A DNA stretch of 30,403 bases from an uncultured virus (IMG/VR IMGVR_UViG_3300014073_000001) (Duplodnaviria > Heunggongvirae > Uroviricota > Caudoviricetes), in IMG/VR virus record IMGVR_UViG_3300014073_000001; one strand, 5' to 3'. The translations under genes and the position numbers were made by a program. Of this stretch, positions 1 to 9,837 are shown in pieces. Every line of letters starts with the position of its first letter. Positions within the stretch are counted from its first letter, which is position 1. The notes beneath the pieces are model-generated. The model saw nothing but the letters and a program-made list of their open reading frames with translations. It made no database searches and was not told the origin of the DNA.

Positions 1-1736
1 AATTCAGTATAAGTTCCAAGCAGCAGCTCATCAGCAAATACTTGGAGGGTGGCGCCGACCGGCATGGTCTTACTCAGGGCTAACAGAGTATCGACCGCAA
101 GAGCAGGATCGAGGTCCGGAGAGAATACAGGATAAGTGGTGGTGACTGCAATCTCTACGGTTTCGCCTACATCGCGGATAACGTCGCCGGTAAAGGCCAT
201 CTCGGTGCCGGCGATTGCAGCGTCGAGCGCTGCACGGCGGTCAACGATTTTGATCGCTTCGGTATGGCTTGCAAGTACGTAACGCGAGGAAATTACTTCG
301 AACTCGTCAGACTTGGCGGCGACTGCTTTTACGGTGAGGTCATATTGACCAGGGGTAATGTCGCTGATTACCAGAGACCATTCTTCATTGCCGGAATGTG
401 CATTAAGCACGGTGCGTGCAATGCTGAAGGCTTTGGATACGAAGAACTCTTTCACTCCGGCTTCAGCTATTACGTAAGTTCCTATGGTAGTGTTGGCATT
501 TTTCAGCTCGATTAAGGTGCCGATCGGCAAAGCTTTATCGAAGCTTACCATGGAGTCAAGCAGTGTATCAGTGCCGATAGCAGCATCGAACACAGGATAG
601 GAAACTGATACGGTAGCGGTGATGTCTTCTTCCTTGTCGGCCACTGCAGGAGCAACAGTCACAGAAATCGAAGTCCCGGCGATCGCATTTTGCAATGCGG
701 CTTCCAGGGGGGAGACATATTCGTCGCCGGCATTAGGAACGCTTACGGCTACATTGTTTACCACCGTAAGCTCAGTACCTGCGGCATTCATTTCATAAGT
801 AGCATAGTACCAATTCTCGCCAACTTTGAGTGCTATTACGAACCTGCCGCCCTGAACATAATTGCTTCCAACGACCAGATTGGTTTGGCCAGGAGTCAAA
901 GTGGATTTAATGCTGTCAGGCTGGTCAGCAGGATAGTTGGCAATACCGGTTTGAACTGCACGGTATCCTTCAGGATAGAACAGATAAGCTTCAGACGCAT
1001 CACCGATGCACACCGAATCTTTGAATACTATCGAGAACGGAGCATTACCGCCTACATTTTTAACCCGGGCTACATTCAATATGTTCTCACGAGCATTGTA
1101 AATGGTGATAAGCTTGAAAGATGCGTACTGGTTGCCAGCTGCGGAATAGTAGCGTGTCATAAGTGCCGGCTGTTCCACTGGCAAGCTCAGGATTGCTGCA
1201 TTAACAACCTGACGAAGAGATTCGAGTTCAGCATACTGCGCCCGGATCTCATCAATCTCAGCATTGCTTAATTGAGCCAGCATGTTTTCGTATTCGAACA
1301 GCGCTGTTTCGATAGTCACAACCTTGACAGAGACTTCGGCAGTGCCAATTACAGTGTCACCTTCTTTGATCTCAACATGAATTGTGTATTCGCCTTCTTC
1401 CGCTTCGTCGGAAATTACGGGGTTGACCTCGGTCACTGCACGAAATCCGACTGGCTGAATAAATCCTTCAGGCGGCCCCCATTGGAAGGTAGAATAGGGT
1501 CCGGCCATTTCGTACGGGCCATCATCCGGCGCGTCATCATTTTGAGACGTCATTTTTAGAGAGTTAAATACCTGGTCGAAGTTAACCGGCACGCCGGCTT
1601 TGCTTAACGATAGGAGGGTTTTTAATACACCAGCGTCTTGCTGGAGCACGTTCTCCACGAGAACTTGTTTGGCTTGATTACCGGTTACTGCAATCAGCTC
1701 TTGATTCAGTACCGTAATGCGCATGATATCAGACAT
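1..1736 (-). CDS. Large acidic beta-rich protein with a ~156-aa internal repeat (Ig-like domains likely); 3' end runs off the window
   Basis: Not in the ORF track. Manual translation from ATG 1736 (GGAGAGG RBS upstream) gives MSDIMRITVLNQELIAVTG... with no stop down to base 1 (578 codons). AALQNAIAGT...YPVF...LPIGT...GTY recurs as AALDAAIAGT...YPVF...MPVGA...GTY 468 nt later. Confidence 0.9.
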   Translation of the reverse strand, partial: MSDIMRITVLNQELIAVTGNQAKQVLVENVLQQDAGVLKTLLSLSKAGVPVNFDQVFNSLKMTSQNDDAPDDGPYEMAGPYSTFQWGPPEGFIQPVGFRAVTEVNPVISDEAEEGEYTIHVEIKEGDTVIGTAEVSVKVVTIETALFEYENMLAQLSNAEIDEIRAQYAELESLRQVVNAAILSLPVEQPALMTRYYSAAGNQYASFKLITIYNARENILNVARVKNVGGNAPFSIVFKDSVCIGDASEAYLFYPEGYRAVQTGIANYPADQPDSIKSTLTPGQTNLVVGSNYVQGGRFVIALKVGENWYYATYEMNAAGTELTVVNNVAVSVPNAGDEYVSPLEAALQNAIAGTSISVTVAPAVADKEEDITATVSVSYPVFDAAIGTDTLLDSMVSFDKALPIGTLIELKNANTTIGTYVIAEAGVKEFFVSKAFSIARTVLNAHSGNEEWSLVISDITPGQYDLTVKAVAAKSDEFEVISSRYVLASHTEAIKIVDRRAALDAAIAGTEMAFTGDVIRDVGETVEIAVTTTYPVFSPDLDPALAVDTLLALSKTMPVGATLQVFADELLLGTYTE

Positions 1737-1784
1737 TAAATACACGTCCTCTCCATTGTAATGAATAGGAATTCGATTTGGCTT

Positions 1785-1816
1785 AAAAGGGATGCAATAA
1801 TGTATTACATCCCTTT
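1785..1816 (-). terminator. Probable intrinsic terminator after the 964-aa gene
   Basis: Minus strand reads AAAGGGATGTAATA-CAT-TATTGCATCCCTTTT, a 14-bp stem with one G-U pair and a short T run, about 10 nt after the stop. Confidence 0.65.
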
Positions 1817-1826
1817 CTACCCTTTA

Positions 1827-4721
1827 TCAAGTGGCAACAGGGTCGCCTTTTGCATAAATCTTAAATACTTTTCTTTGGATGGACTGTACATCGATCTCAG
1901 ATTCAATCCGCACATAGAACGGCTTTACTTCGCTATTTGCCATTGTATTGGTCAACGAAATAGTTTCTACGGGAACAAACGGGCTGAGAGTTTCGCTCAG
2001 CATCAGTTTAACTTTCTCTTCTTGGGTTTCGTTATCAGCCCAAATTGAGACATCTTCCAAAGTAAGTCCGGTGCGGTTCTCCAGGAATACGATGCGCGGT
2101 TCGGCGAACAAGCCGCCGATAACGGTGCCGAAGTCAAGCTGCTGGAGAATATCGCCTTTGTCGGTACTATAGTAGAAGTTGTTCTCGTCTTTGAACAAGA
2201 GGCTTCTGTATCCACCAAGGACATGGAATTTAATCTCGGCTTTCGTGTTGAGTTCATCAACTGCCTCGATTGTGATTTCGTTAGGTAATCCATAGAGTAG
2301 GTCTTTTGAATCCCAGCTGAAGTCAAATGTGAACCCGGCCTCTTTCCAGTCGGTGTAGCCATCCAGAGGAGTAATCTGATTGCTGTTAACCAGTATACGG
2401 AAGCGTACTTTCTTGCTAAGCGAATGATTGATCGTAGCATTCATATAGAACTCGTTCTGGAAATTCAGTTCAATTTGCGGTTCACCGGTAATAAGAATAA
2501 TCTGAAATTCCTTCTCATAGATTACGCCGCGGCTGTCGCGGGTAATAACCTTGATAGTGTTATCGCCGGCACGGAAACTAGTAAAGTCATATTCATGGTA
2601 GAACTGATAACCGTTTTTCCGTTTGAACCAGCCAGGCTGCTCAGGGGTAATTTGCCTCCATCCAATTTCATTGAACTGCTTGGTAACGACTTGGTATTCA
2701 ACCGCGTCATTTTCGGCATCGAATAATGTCCCGATGAGAGCAATTCTGTCGGTAAGAACTTGAACCTGGCCATCCTGTACAAGTGGCCCCTGGTTGGGCA
2801 TGAACTCGATATCGAGTTTGCCGATCTTGTGAGTGGAATTAAAAGATTCGTTCCGTATACCGACGGCATATTTAATTTTGGAACGGTAATCAGACGGCAA
2901 GCTGTCCCAAATTTTTTCGTCAGCCATTTGGTTAATCGTGATACCGTTATCACTGATGCTGCGAAGTTCGGTTTCTACCCAACTTCTTGTATCCGGACTA
3001 TAAGTAAGCCATTTACCACCGTTGTTAACAGACATGAGGTAACGTGATTTGCCTTCACCCTTGGTGTCAACTTTAATAGCCCGGTCCGTTTTCGTGATGG
3101 TTTTATAAATTTCGTACACAGCATTACCTTCAATATTGTTGCGTTCTAATTTGCGGTCAGTCGTTACGATAATGTCCTTCGTATTAGCAACAGTATTGCG
3201 TCCGGTTAGTTTTTCAGGATCAACAGGCTTTTCAGCTTCGCTTACGATATTGATGTCAACACCGGTAACGGTTGCTTCATCGGAAGAATCAATCTCGATG
3301 CTTCTACCAGTATCAAGTAGAGAAGTAAAAGTGCTTGCAGACTCACTCGATTTGCCAACAAAGTTGACTGTGATGCCACGCTCAAGAATAGTTGACTCTT
3401 GCTCGTCGTCAACGATAATCAGAGTGGACTTACCATTGATCTGGTTAGGTCTACCAATCAAAGCTTTCGGATCGACGGTTGCCTCCGTTTGAGACACGAT
3501 ATCTACGCCCATCGCATCATTATCTTCCCTGTCTTCTTGCTCGATGTTAAGCCCCCTGTTAACAGGGTTGAAGTCTCCATCAAGTGGAAGCGGATCTTCA
3601 ACAAACGATTGAACGTATAAGGATTTGTTAGTGCGAAGTACGTCAAATATTAGCTGAGTCTTAATTTTAGTGTTAGCACCTTGCGCTCCACTTTCAACTA
3701 CGTTAACAATATCGACAGAGCCATAGACTTCAAGTTCTTTGAACTTCGCAATAGGGATACCTTCTAAATCTTTCATGCCCTGTTCCCAGAATGTGGCACG
3801 ATCGGGCCTGGCGTCACTAACATATTGCCATGATTCGGTGGTAGTATTATATATATAATACTGACCGTTCAGGACAATCATTGCGCGGCCAAGATCTTCA
3901 AACCAAAGCTTAGGTGCATTGTTGTCAAGAAATTTCCAAACAGGTACATTGTTGCGGTATCTATACAGCCAAGCATCAAACTTCAGCTTGTTCTGGGTCT
4001 CTGTAGTGGTAAGGCCGATTGCAAGATCATTCTTTTGCATCGTCTTCTCTTTGTCATAGAAACAGCCCTGAACATCGATGTTTTCACAATAACCATAGAT
4101 CGGGCCTGCGGTTAACAAGTTGCCGCCAGTGATGTTACCGTTATAGAAACAGTTGTAAACCTTATTCTTATTGGTAGCAAATGGCGACGTAACGTACCCG
4201 GCGATGCCGCCAGCGAAGTCCTCCTCGATCACGATATTCGTCGAAGAACGGCTATCTTGAATAAGCGTCACATTTAGCTGATTGATATCGCCGACTAAAC
4301 CGCCTGCTATATTTTTGGCCTTTATAGAACCGGTCGAATAGCAGCGAGCGATACTTGCGCTATTGGCAAAAAAACGTCCAGCTATTGCCCCTACCTTCTC
4401 ATTGCCAGTTATATCAACATTGACCACTCCAAGATCTTTAACGGCACCACTTAAGTTCGCGATTAGCCCTAGAATTGATATGGTAGGACTGTTAATCTTA
4501 AGATATTTGATGACATAACCGTCGCCATCTAATTGCCCCGTAAGATTCGGAATGGGTGTCCACCCCGCACTGTTGTACGGGGCGACATCCAAGTTAATAT
4601 TATTCTTCAATTTAAAGTAGCCGGCTGGCTTAGTACGGATAGCGTCTAAGTCGGCAGCGTCTTCAATGATATAAGGATCGTTACTGACGCCAGTGCCGCC
4701 GCCAAAAGTTCCGTCTGCCAT
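1827..4721 (-). CDS. 964-aa multidomain hub protein: N-terminal GLUG-motif beta-helix, linker repeats, two Ig-like domains, C-terminal LDFGT...N domain
   Basis: Starts MADGTFGGGTGVSNDPYIIEDAADL and has VGAIAG/AGGLVG/AGGIAG motifs. The C-terminal ~400 aa align by eye with the 666-aa protein (PNQGP vs PNSGP; YYSTDKGDILQQLDFGT vs FYSTDLGEIIQKLDFGT; AKGDPV vs AKADPA). GAGGAGG RBS. Confidence 0.85.
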   Translation of the reverse strand: MADGTFGGGTGVSNDPYIIEDAADLDAIRTKPAGYFKLKNNINLDVAPYNSAGWTPIPNLTGQLDGDGYVIKYLKINSPTISILGLIANLSGAVKDLGVVNVDITGNEKVGAIAGRFFANSASIARCYSTGSIKAKNIAGGLVGDINQLNVTLIQDSRSSTNIVIEEDFAGGIAGYVTSPFATNKNKVYNCFYNGNITGGNLLTAGPIYGYCENIDVQGCFYDKEKTMQKNDLAIGLTTTETQNKLKFDAWLYRYRNNVPVWKFLDNNAPKLWFEDLGRAMIVLNGQYYIYNTTTESWQYVSDARPDRATFWEQGMKDLEGIPIAKFKELEVYGSVDIVNVVESGAQGANTKIKTQLIFDVLRTNKSLYVQSFVEDPLPLDGDFNPVNRGLNIEQEDREDNDAMGVDIVSQTEATVDPKALIGRPNQINGKSTLIIVDDEQESTILERGITVNFVGKSSESASTFTSLLDTGRSIEIDSSDEATVTGVDINIVSEAEKPVDPEKLTGRNTVANTKDIIVTTDRKLERNNIEGNAVYEIYKTITKTDRAIKVDTKGEGKSRYLMSVNNGGKWLTYSPDTRSWVETELRSISDNGITINQMADEKIWDSLPSDYRSKIKYAVGIRNESFNSTHKIGKLDIEFMPNQGPLVQDGQVQVLTDRIALIGTLFDAENDAVEYQVVTKQFNEIGWRQITPEQPGWFKRKNGYQFYHEYDFTSFRAGDNTIKVITRDSRGVIYEKEFQIILITGEPQIELNFQNEFYMNATINHSLSKKVRFRILVNSNQITPLDGYTDWKEAGFTFDFSWDSKDLLYGLPNEITIEAVDELNTKAEIKFHVLGGYRSLLFKDENNFYYSTDKGDILQQLDFGTVIGGLFAEPRIVFLENRTGLTLEDVSIWADNETQEEKVKLMLSETLSPFVPVETISLTNTMANSEVKPFYVRIESEIDVQSIQRKVFKIYAKGDPVAT

Positions 4722-4742
4722 GTTAGTTCCTCCTCTACTTCA

Positions 4743-5894
4743 TTATTGAAGAATACGAATTCTGTTGATGGAATCTCCGAACTGACTAAAATCAATCGTG
4801 GTTTTTAGCACTACCGCATCAGAAATCTGAGCATCGACAACCATATCTTTCTTAACGGAGGTACGGTTGATAACGAATTTGTCAGTGCTCGCTACCAACT
4901 CGAACTTGCCGAACTCGCGCAACTCATTCCACTTGAAACGAGGGATCATAGCGAGCTCATTATCAGAGATGCCGTGCTGGTCAAATACATTGGCACTCGG
5001 AAAGGTCACGGAAACGTCGATCCACGTTTGATTGCGGTATGTTTTATAGCCGTTGTTGACGAAGATGAAATACTTTGTCGCTTCGGTATAAAACAAACGA
5101 GGATATACGCCGGTACGAAGTACCCATAGTTTCTTTTCGAAGTTGTAGTATTGGTCGGTCCATTTGTCGAAAGTGGCCGGAGTTTCCATTTCGGCTTTCG
5201 TCTTAGAGCCGACACCGGTTAACGGATTTTTGGTGCTATCGAAATAGCTCTCGGTTACGGTGCCAGCAGTTACCGTGCCTACGACACCGCTACGGCCAGT
5301 ACCGCCACCGGTGATAGTTCCGCCGTAGAAGCAGTTTTTAATCACGCCATACGTGTTATTCAGTACGGAAGTGATGCCGCCGATGTTATTACCGGTACAG
5401 GTGATATCGACTTCGGAATAGCTGTTGATGATTCTGCCGCCATCCATACGGCCTGCAAGACCACCGATATCACCAGTCGCAAGAATCTTGCCGACCGCAA
5501 GGCAGTTTTCAATCAAGCATTCCTGAGTAGTCATCTGTCCAACGATACCTGCACAATAGGAAGTGCCGCCAACGATGTTGAAGCTGAATACGCCCAGGTT
5601 AGTAATGGCGCCACCGCGAGTGCTAGTGAACAAAGCCTGGTTATTCGCAATCCGGTTGATGAACAAGTTACGTACTACATAGCCATTACCGTCAAAATTA
5701 CCGCGGAACGCAGGGATCGGAGTCCAACCAGTGCCGTCGCTAGACTCGTTGCAGACTTGGGTCAAGTCGACATTTTTAATCAATTTGTAAGAGGCGGTGA
5801 GATTGTTTCGGACAAAGTTAAGATCATATCCGTCTTCGATTAGATACGGATTGTTGATAGAGCCGTCTCCGCCTGCGAATTTACCGTTAGCCAT
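4743..5894 (-). CDS. GLUG-motif beta-helix adhesin-like protein, 383 aa (tandem paralog)
   Basis: Starts MANGKFAGGDGSINNPYLIEDGYDL, has FRGNFDGNGY and IGGLAG/IGGITS motifs, and the shared C-terminal module. Its start overlaps the upstream stop (TAATG). Confidence 0.85.
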   Translation of the reverse strand: MANGKFAGGDGSINNPYLIEDGYDLNFVRNNLTASYKLIKNVDLTQVCNESSDGTGWTPIPAFRGNFDGNGYVVRNLFINRIANNQALFTSTRGGAITNLGVFSFNIVGGTSYCAGIVGQMTTQECLIENCLAVGKILATGDIGGLAGRMDGGRIINSYSEVDITCTGNNIGGITSVLNNTYGVIKNCFYGGTITGGGTGRSGVVGTVTAGTVTESYFDSTKNPLTGVGSKTKAEMETPATFDKWTDQYYNFEKKLWVLRTGVYPRLFYTEATKYFIFVNNGYKTYRNQTWIDVSVTFPSANVFDQHGISDNELAMIPRFKWNELREFGKFELVASTDKFVINRTSVKKDMVVDAQISDAVVLKTTIDFSQFGDSINRIRILQ

Positions 5895-7174
5895 TAAGCA
5901 ACAACTCCTTTATTCATGGTTACAATGTTATTACCAAAATCAGTGAACTTGATTTCTTTACGGAAGTAGTTTTTGTCTGCTGCCGAATTTGCTCCATCTA
6001 ATGTCATCGGAAAACTGACTGATTGCTGTGTCGTACCATTGGAAAGCTCAACTATGTTGATGATGTCAACCTTGGTGTTCGTTGCTCTGAGCACGTCCCA
6101 GGCGGTGTACGGAATATGAGAAATGCTCTTCATTCCGTTGTTAACAGCTTGAGCTCTTGTCGGCATGGTCGTATATTTAATTACCCACGATCCATTCTCA
6201 TAAACACAGTATCCGTCGTTAGTTCGTACAAAATATCTGTCTAAAAAGAATTGGCGGGGTAAAGGATAACGGGTTCCTTCTTCGTAATCCCAAATCTGAG
6301 AACCGTCACTCGTTAGGCGCAGATCCATATCGGAGAACCGGGTTTTAGTCATATTGTCTGTAGAGATGCCGGTAGTCCCAGGAGTGGCTGCCGTTAGCCA
6401 GCGAGTATTATCATAAAACAGATTGGAATATCCAGCGGCAAAGTATGCTACTCCACTAAAGGTGCCGAAAGACGTGGGATTTAATGAAGCATTTGCCAGG
6501 CCGTTGATCATATTGCTGAATGAGCAGGCGCTTATGACATAATTAAGGATAAAGTTCTTCGTTGCGCTGTTATATATAGTCCCGGCCACGGCGCCAAAAG
6601 CGGAGCTTACAGCAGAAGGCTGAAGGAAGACATCGATAAAGATGTCCTGGCCAAGACTAAATAACATTGCTTGAGAAGCAGCATCCCAGGTCATGTATCC
6701 GAAAATTCCGCCGCCATTTCCCTCTGCGGTAACTTTGCCGGAAAAATAGCAACGATCTACAATGTAATATGCAGGTGCTCCGCCAGCAGTTTGGTATATT
6801 ACAAGACCTCCGGCAAGAACCCCAACATTGGTTTTGCCAACGATATTGGCATTTTCGATGCAGAGATTACTTATCCGCTGCGGGTAATTGTCGATAACTT
6901 TAATATTCTCAAACAAACCGACACCGCTTTTGTCTGGGCGATTAATGAAGAGGTTGTAGATCTTTTTACCATTGCCGTCCAGTGTGCCAGCGAAGTCTTT
7001 TATGGGATTCCAACCCTTTCCAGTATTGTACGGTGCAGTACCAAGGTTGATACTGTATGCTAACTTAAAGTTAGAGTTAGGGAAATATCGAATTGCAAAA
7101 AGGTCTTCTGCATCTTCGATTAAGTACGGATTGTCTGGAATACCAGTGCCGCCGCCGAATTTTCCTTGTGCCAC
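5894..7174 (-). CDS. GLUG-motif beta-helix adhesin-like protein, 426 aa (tandem paralog)
   Basis: GTG start after AGGTGG. FGGGTGIPDNPYLIEDAEDL, LDGNGKKIYNLFINRP, VGVLAG, C-terminal FRKEIKF. Confidence 0.85.
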   Translation of the reverse strand: MAQGKFGGGTGIPDNPYLIEDAEDLFAIRYFPNSNFKLAYSINLGTAPYNTGKGWNPIKDFAGTLDGNGKKIYNLFINRPDKSGVGLFENIKVIDNYPQRISNLCIENANIVGKTNVGVLAGGLVIYQTAGGAPAYYIVDRCYFSGKVTAEGNGGGIFGYMTWDAASQAMLFSLGQDIFIDVFLQPSAVSSAFGAVAGTIYNSATKNFILNYVISACSFSNMINGLANASLNPTSFGTFSGVAYFAAGYSNLFYDNTRWLTAATPGTTGISTDNMTKTRFSDMDLRLTSDGSQIWDYEEGTRYPLPRQFFLDRYFVRTNDGYCVYENGSWVIKYTTMPTRAQAVNNGMKSISHIPYTAWDVLRATNTKVDIINIVELSNGTTQQSVSFPMTLDGANSAADKNYFRKEIKFTDFGNNIVTMNKGVVA

Positions 7175-7194
7175 GTTAGACCACCTGTCCTTTA

Positions 7195-8484
7195 CTAAAT
7201 ATTGATGATAGATAAGTTACCGCCCGATGCGGAGAACACGATCTCTTTGCGGAAGATTGTTTTGCTACTATTACTATTAGCAGCATCTTTGGCAAAATTA
7301 AACGGTGTTCCAAAAATACTAAATGTATCCGCCTTATCAATAATATTTACGATATACGGTTCATTATGGTTCTTGAAGAAATCCCATGCAGTTTGCGGGA
7401 TTTGTTCAAGATGCCGCATCCCTTTTTCAATTGCTTGCTGACGGCTAGGAATCGTATCGTTAACCATAGTCCAGCCAGTGGACGCCTTATACGTGTAGTG
7501 GCCGCCATCGCCACAGATATACAGATAGTCAGGTGATTGATGATATAGCTCAGGAGATTTGTCCGTAGGGAAATACCATTCAGGAGCATCATTGAATATT
7601 GCAGTCGGCAAAACAGCAGGAAACCTCGAAAGATCTTTCATTTCTTCAGAAGTTAAGCCAACTACGGAATTGGCATTAACGGCTACATTAGAAATAGTCC
7701 AAAGTGTTTTATCATATCGACAGCTATTTGCATACAAATTTTGCCCCTGGCGATGAAAGCATATCGGACCAACATTTGTCGGCGAAGCTACAATAGATGT
7801 ATCAATTTTGCCTTTACCAATACAGTTCGATAAAATGAAGATATTGTATTGGGCTGCCCAATAATCTTGCACATTTCCAAACATTTGGCCGTACATCGAT
7901 CCGCCCGTTAATGGGACGATTGTCACGTCTGCAACACAATCTCCGGCTACAAATGTCGTATAAGTATAGTTGGTGGCACCCCAGTAGTATTGTCCGCAAA
8001 AACCGCCTACGACAGATCGTCCACTCACTTTGCCCTGCACTGAACAACGAAGGAAGACGGCGTAGTCTGCGGAACTGGGATCACCGCGTAATTGACCGAT
8101 AGAATATGCGCCAAGTAATGCACCGACATAATCACGTCCGGTAACATCAACATTTTCTAGGCATAAATCATAGATTCTAACCTTTGTCATTTGGTCAAAA
8201 CTTGTCATATTGAAAGTCCTGAATATGCCGACATAATCTTCATCCGGACGGTTGATGTAAAGATTGTAAATCTTTTTACCGTTGCCATTAAAATTGCCGG
8301 CAAAGTTATCGATCGGTACCCAGCCTTTGTTCGCATTGTATGGCGCCACACCGAGATTGATATTCGAAACAAGTTTGTAATAAGCTGTTAAGTTGTTTCG
8401 AACCTGATGCAAGTCAGCTGCATCTTCTATGAGGAAAGGGGAGATAGCAGTGCCTGCCCCGCCCCCGAATTGACCTCCAGCCAT
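7195..8484 (-). CDS. GLUG-motif beta-helix adhesin-like protein, 429 aa (tandem paralog)
   Basis: FGGGAGTAISPFLIEDAADL, FNGNGKKIYNLYINRP, VGALLG/VGGFCG, C-terminal FRKEIVF. GAGGTG RBS. Confidence 0.85.
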   Translation of the reverse strand: MAGGQFGGGAGTAISPFLIEDAADLHQVRNNLTAYYKLVSNINLGVAPYNANKGWVPIDNFAGNFNGNGKKIYNLYINRPDEDYVGIFRTFNMTSFDQMTKVRIYDLCLENVDVTGRDYVGALLGAYSIGQLRGDPSSADYAVFLRCSVQGKVSGRSVVGGFCGQYYWGATNYTYTTFVAGDCVADVTIVPLTGGSMYGQMFGNVQDYWAAQYNIFILSNCIGKGKIDTSIVASPTNVGPICFHRQGQNLYANSCRYDKTLWTISNVAVNANSVVGLTSEEMKDLSRFPAVLPTAIFNDAPEWYFPTDKSPELYHQSPDYLYICGDGGHYTYKASTGWTMVNDTIPSRQQAIEKGMRHLEQIPQTAWDFFKNHNEPYIVNIIDKADTFSIFGTPFNFAKDAANSNSSKTIFRKEIVFSASGGNLSIINI

Positions 8485-8508
8485 AAATGACTCACCTCTT
8501 TCTTGTTA

Positions 8509-9837
8509 TTAAGGCACGATGCTGATGATATCATCGTTGAAACTTTCAAAGTTGATTTCTTTCTTGTAGCAAAGCATACTTTCATCATTTTGGGCGGTTA
8601 GCGGCAAAATTGCTGCAATCGAATTCAGCGATAGTCTTTCGGTTGGTTCCACGAAATTAACAATATCTACCTGTCCGTATGCGGCCCTTAATTGATTCCA
8701 ACCTTGAGTATCGATGTGATAAAGCGTCGGCATGCCTAAAGATAGAATTGTCGGCGTATCCTGAAGAACGTCGAATTGTTTCATCCATTTCTTTTGATCA
8801 GCATCGTATGTTAAATAGTCTTTGCCTGCCCGGACAAAGTAGCATTCCTGATTCGTGAACCAGAAAGTTGGATAGTGCCCTTCCCTGAAACGGTATAATG
8901 TTTTGCCGTATGGAGTAATTAGGTCTTTGAATGTACTGTACAAAGAAAACGCTTTGAGATTGGCTGTTGTAACTGCCGTTACTCCTGCATTGGCGAGGTT
9001 GCCGCCAAACAGTGTAGAATCATAAAAGCAGTTGGTGTTAAAGGATGCTGGTGCTACAGGATTACTGGGATGCATACCAATATGCGACCTTGCAATTTGA
9101 TTGGCATCGGTCGTAATGAATGTACATAATGAAATTGAGTTAGCTACGCCACCAGCATAGTTGTATACGTAATTGCCGATATTGTAATTATAGTGGTATG
9201 TCGCCGCACCATAACCGACTATGCCGCCCATAATTCTCTCAGATGCTGTATCTGGCGCTACGCAGTTGATCTCGCACATAGATATCGCATCAATTATAAA
9301 GTTGTTCCAGTCTGCGCCCCAGTATACATTACCGATACCACCTGGGAAATAAGCCAGACCTACGATCCCACCTAAGCGGCTTTGACCGATGATTTTACCG
9401 GTTACATATACTCTGGTTAATATGTTGGCAGGGGGAATATAATTTGTGTTGATTGTCCATGCTACTGTTCCAACCAGCCCGCCGACGTTTTGTTTCCCGG
9501 TTACATTGACATCCTCCAGAGCCACATCGTAAATGATTGGATCTGTCCATGCTACTGGCAATGAAATTACACCAAATAAACCAACTGAGTCAATATCTGA
9601 TCTGTTGATAAATAAGTTTATAATTTTCTTGCCGTTGCCGTTGAACCTGCCGAGAAAGTTGTTGATCGGCAACCAGCCTGAGCCGATATTATATGGAGGC
9701 ACACCCAAGTTGATATTGTTGATCAACTTGTAGTTGGCAGTAAGGTTCTTTCTGATGGCGTCGAGGTCGGCCGCATCTTCGATCAAATATGGGGTAGCAG
9801 CTGTTCCGTTGCCGCCTGCAAACATGCCATAAGCCAT
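8509..9837 (-). CDS. GLUG-motif beta-helix adhesin-like protein, 442 aa (tandem paralog)
   Basis: FAGGNGTAATPYLIEDAADL, VGGLVG/LGGIVG/MGGIVG, C-terminal YKKEINF. TAATG overlap with the upstream gene. Confidence 0.85.
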   Translation of the reverse strand: MAYGMFAGGNGTAATPYLIEDAADLDAIRKNLTANYKLINNINLGVPPYNIGSGWLPINNFLGRFNGNGKKIINLFINRSDIDSVGLFGVISLPVAWTDPIIYDVALEDVNVTGKQNVGGLVGTVAWTINTNYIPPANILTRVYVTGKIIGQSRLGGIVGLAYFPGGIGNVYWGADWNNFIIDAISMCEINCVAPDTASERIMGGIVGYGAATYHYNYNIGNYVYNYAGGVANSISLCTFITTDANQIARSHIGMHPSNPVAPASFNTNCFYDSTLFGGNLANAGVTAVTTANLKAFSLYSTFKDLITPYGKTLYRFREGHYPTFWFTNQECYFVRAGKDYLTYDADQKKWMKQFDVLQDTPTILSLGMPTLYHIDTQGWNQLRAAYGQVDIVNFVEPTERLSLNSIAAILPLTAQNDESMLCYKKEINFESFNDDIISIVP

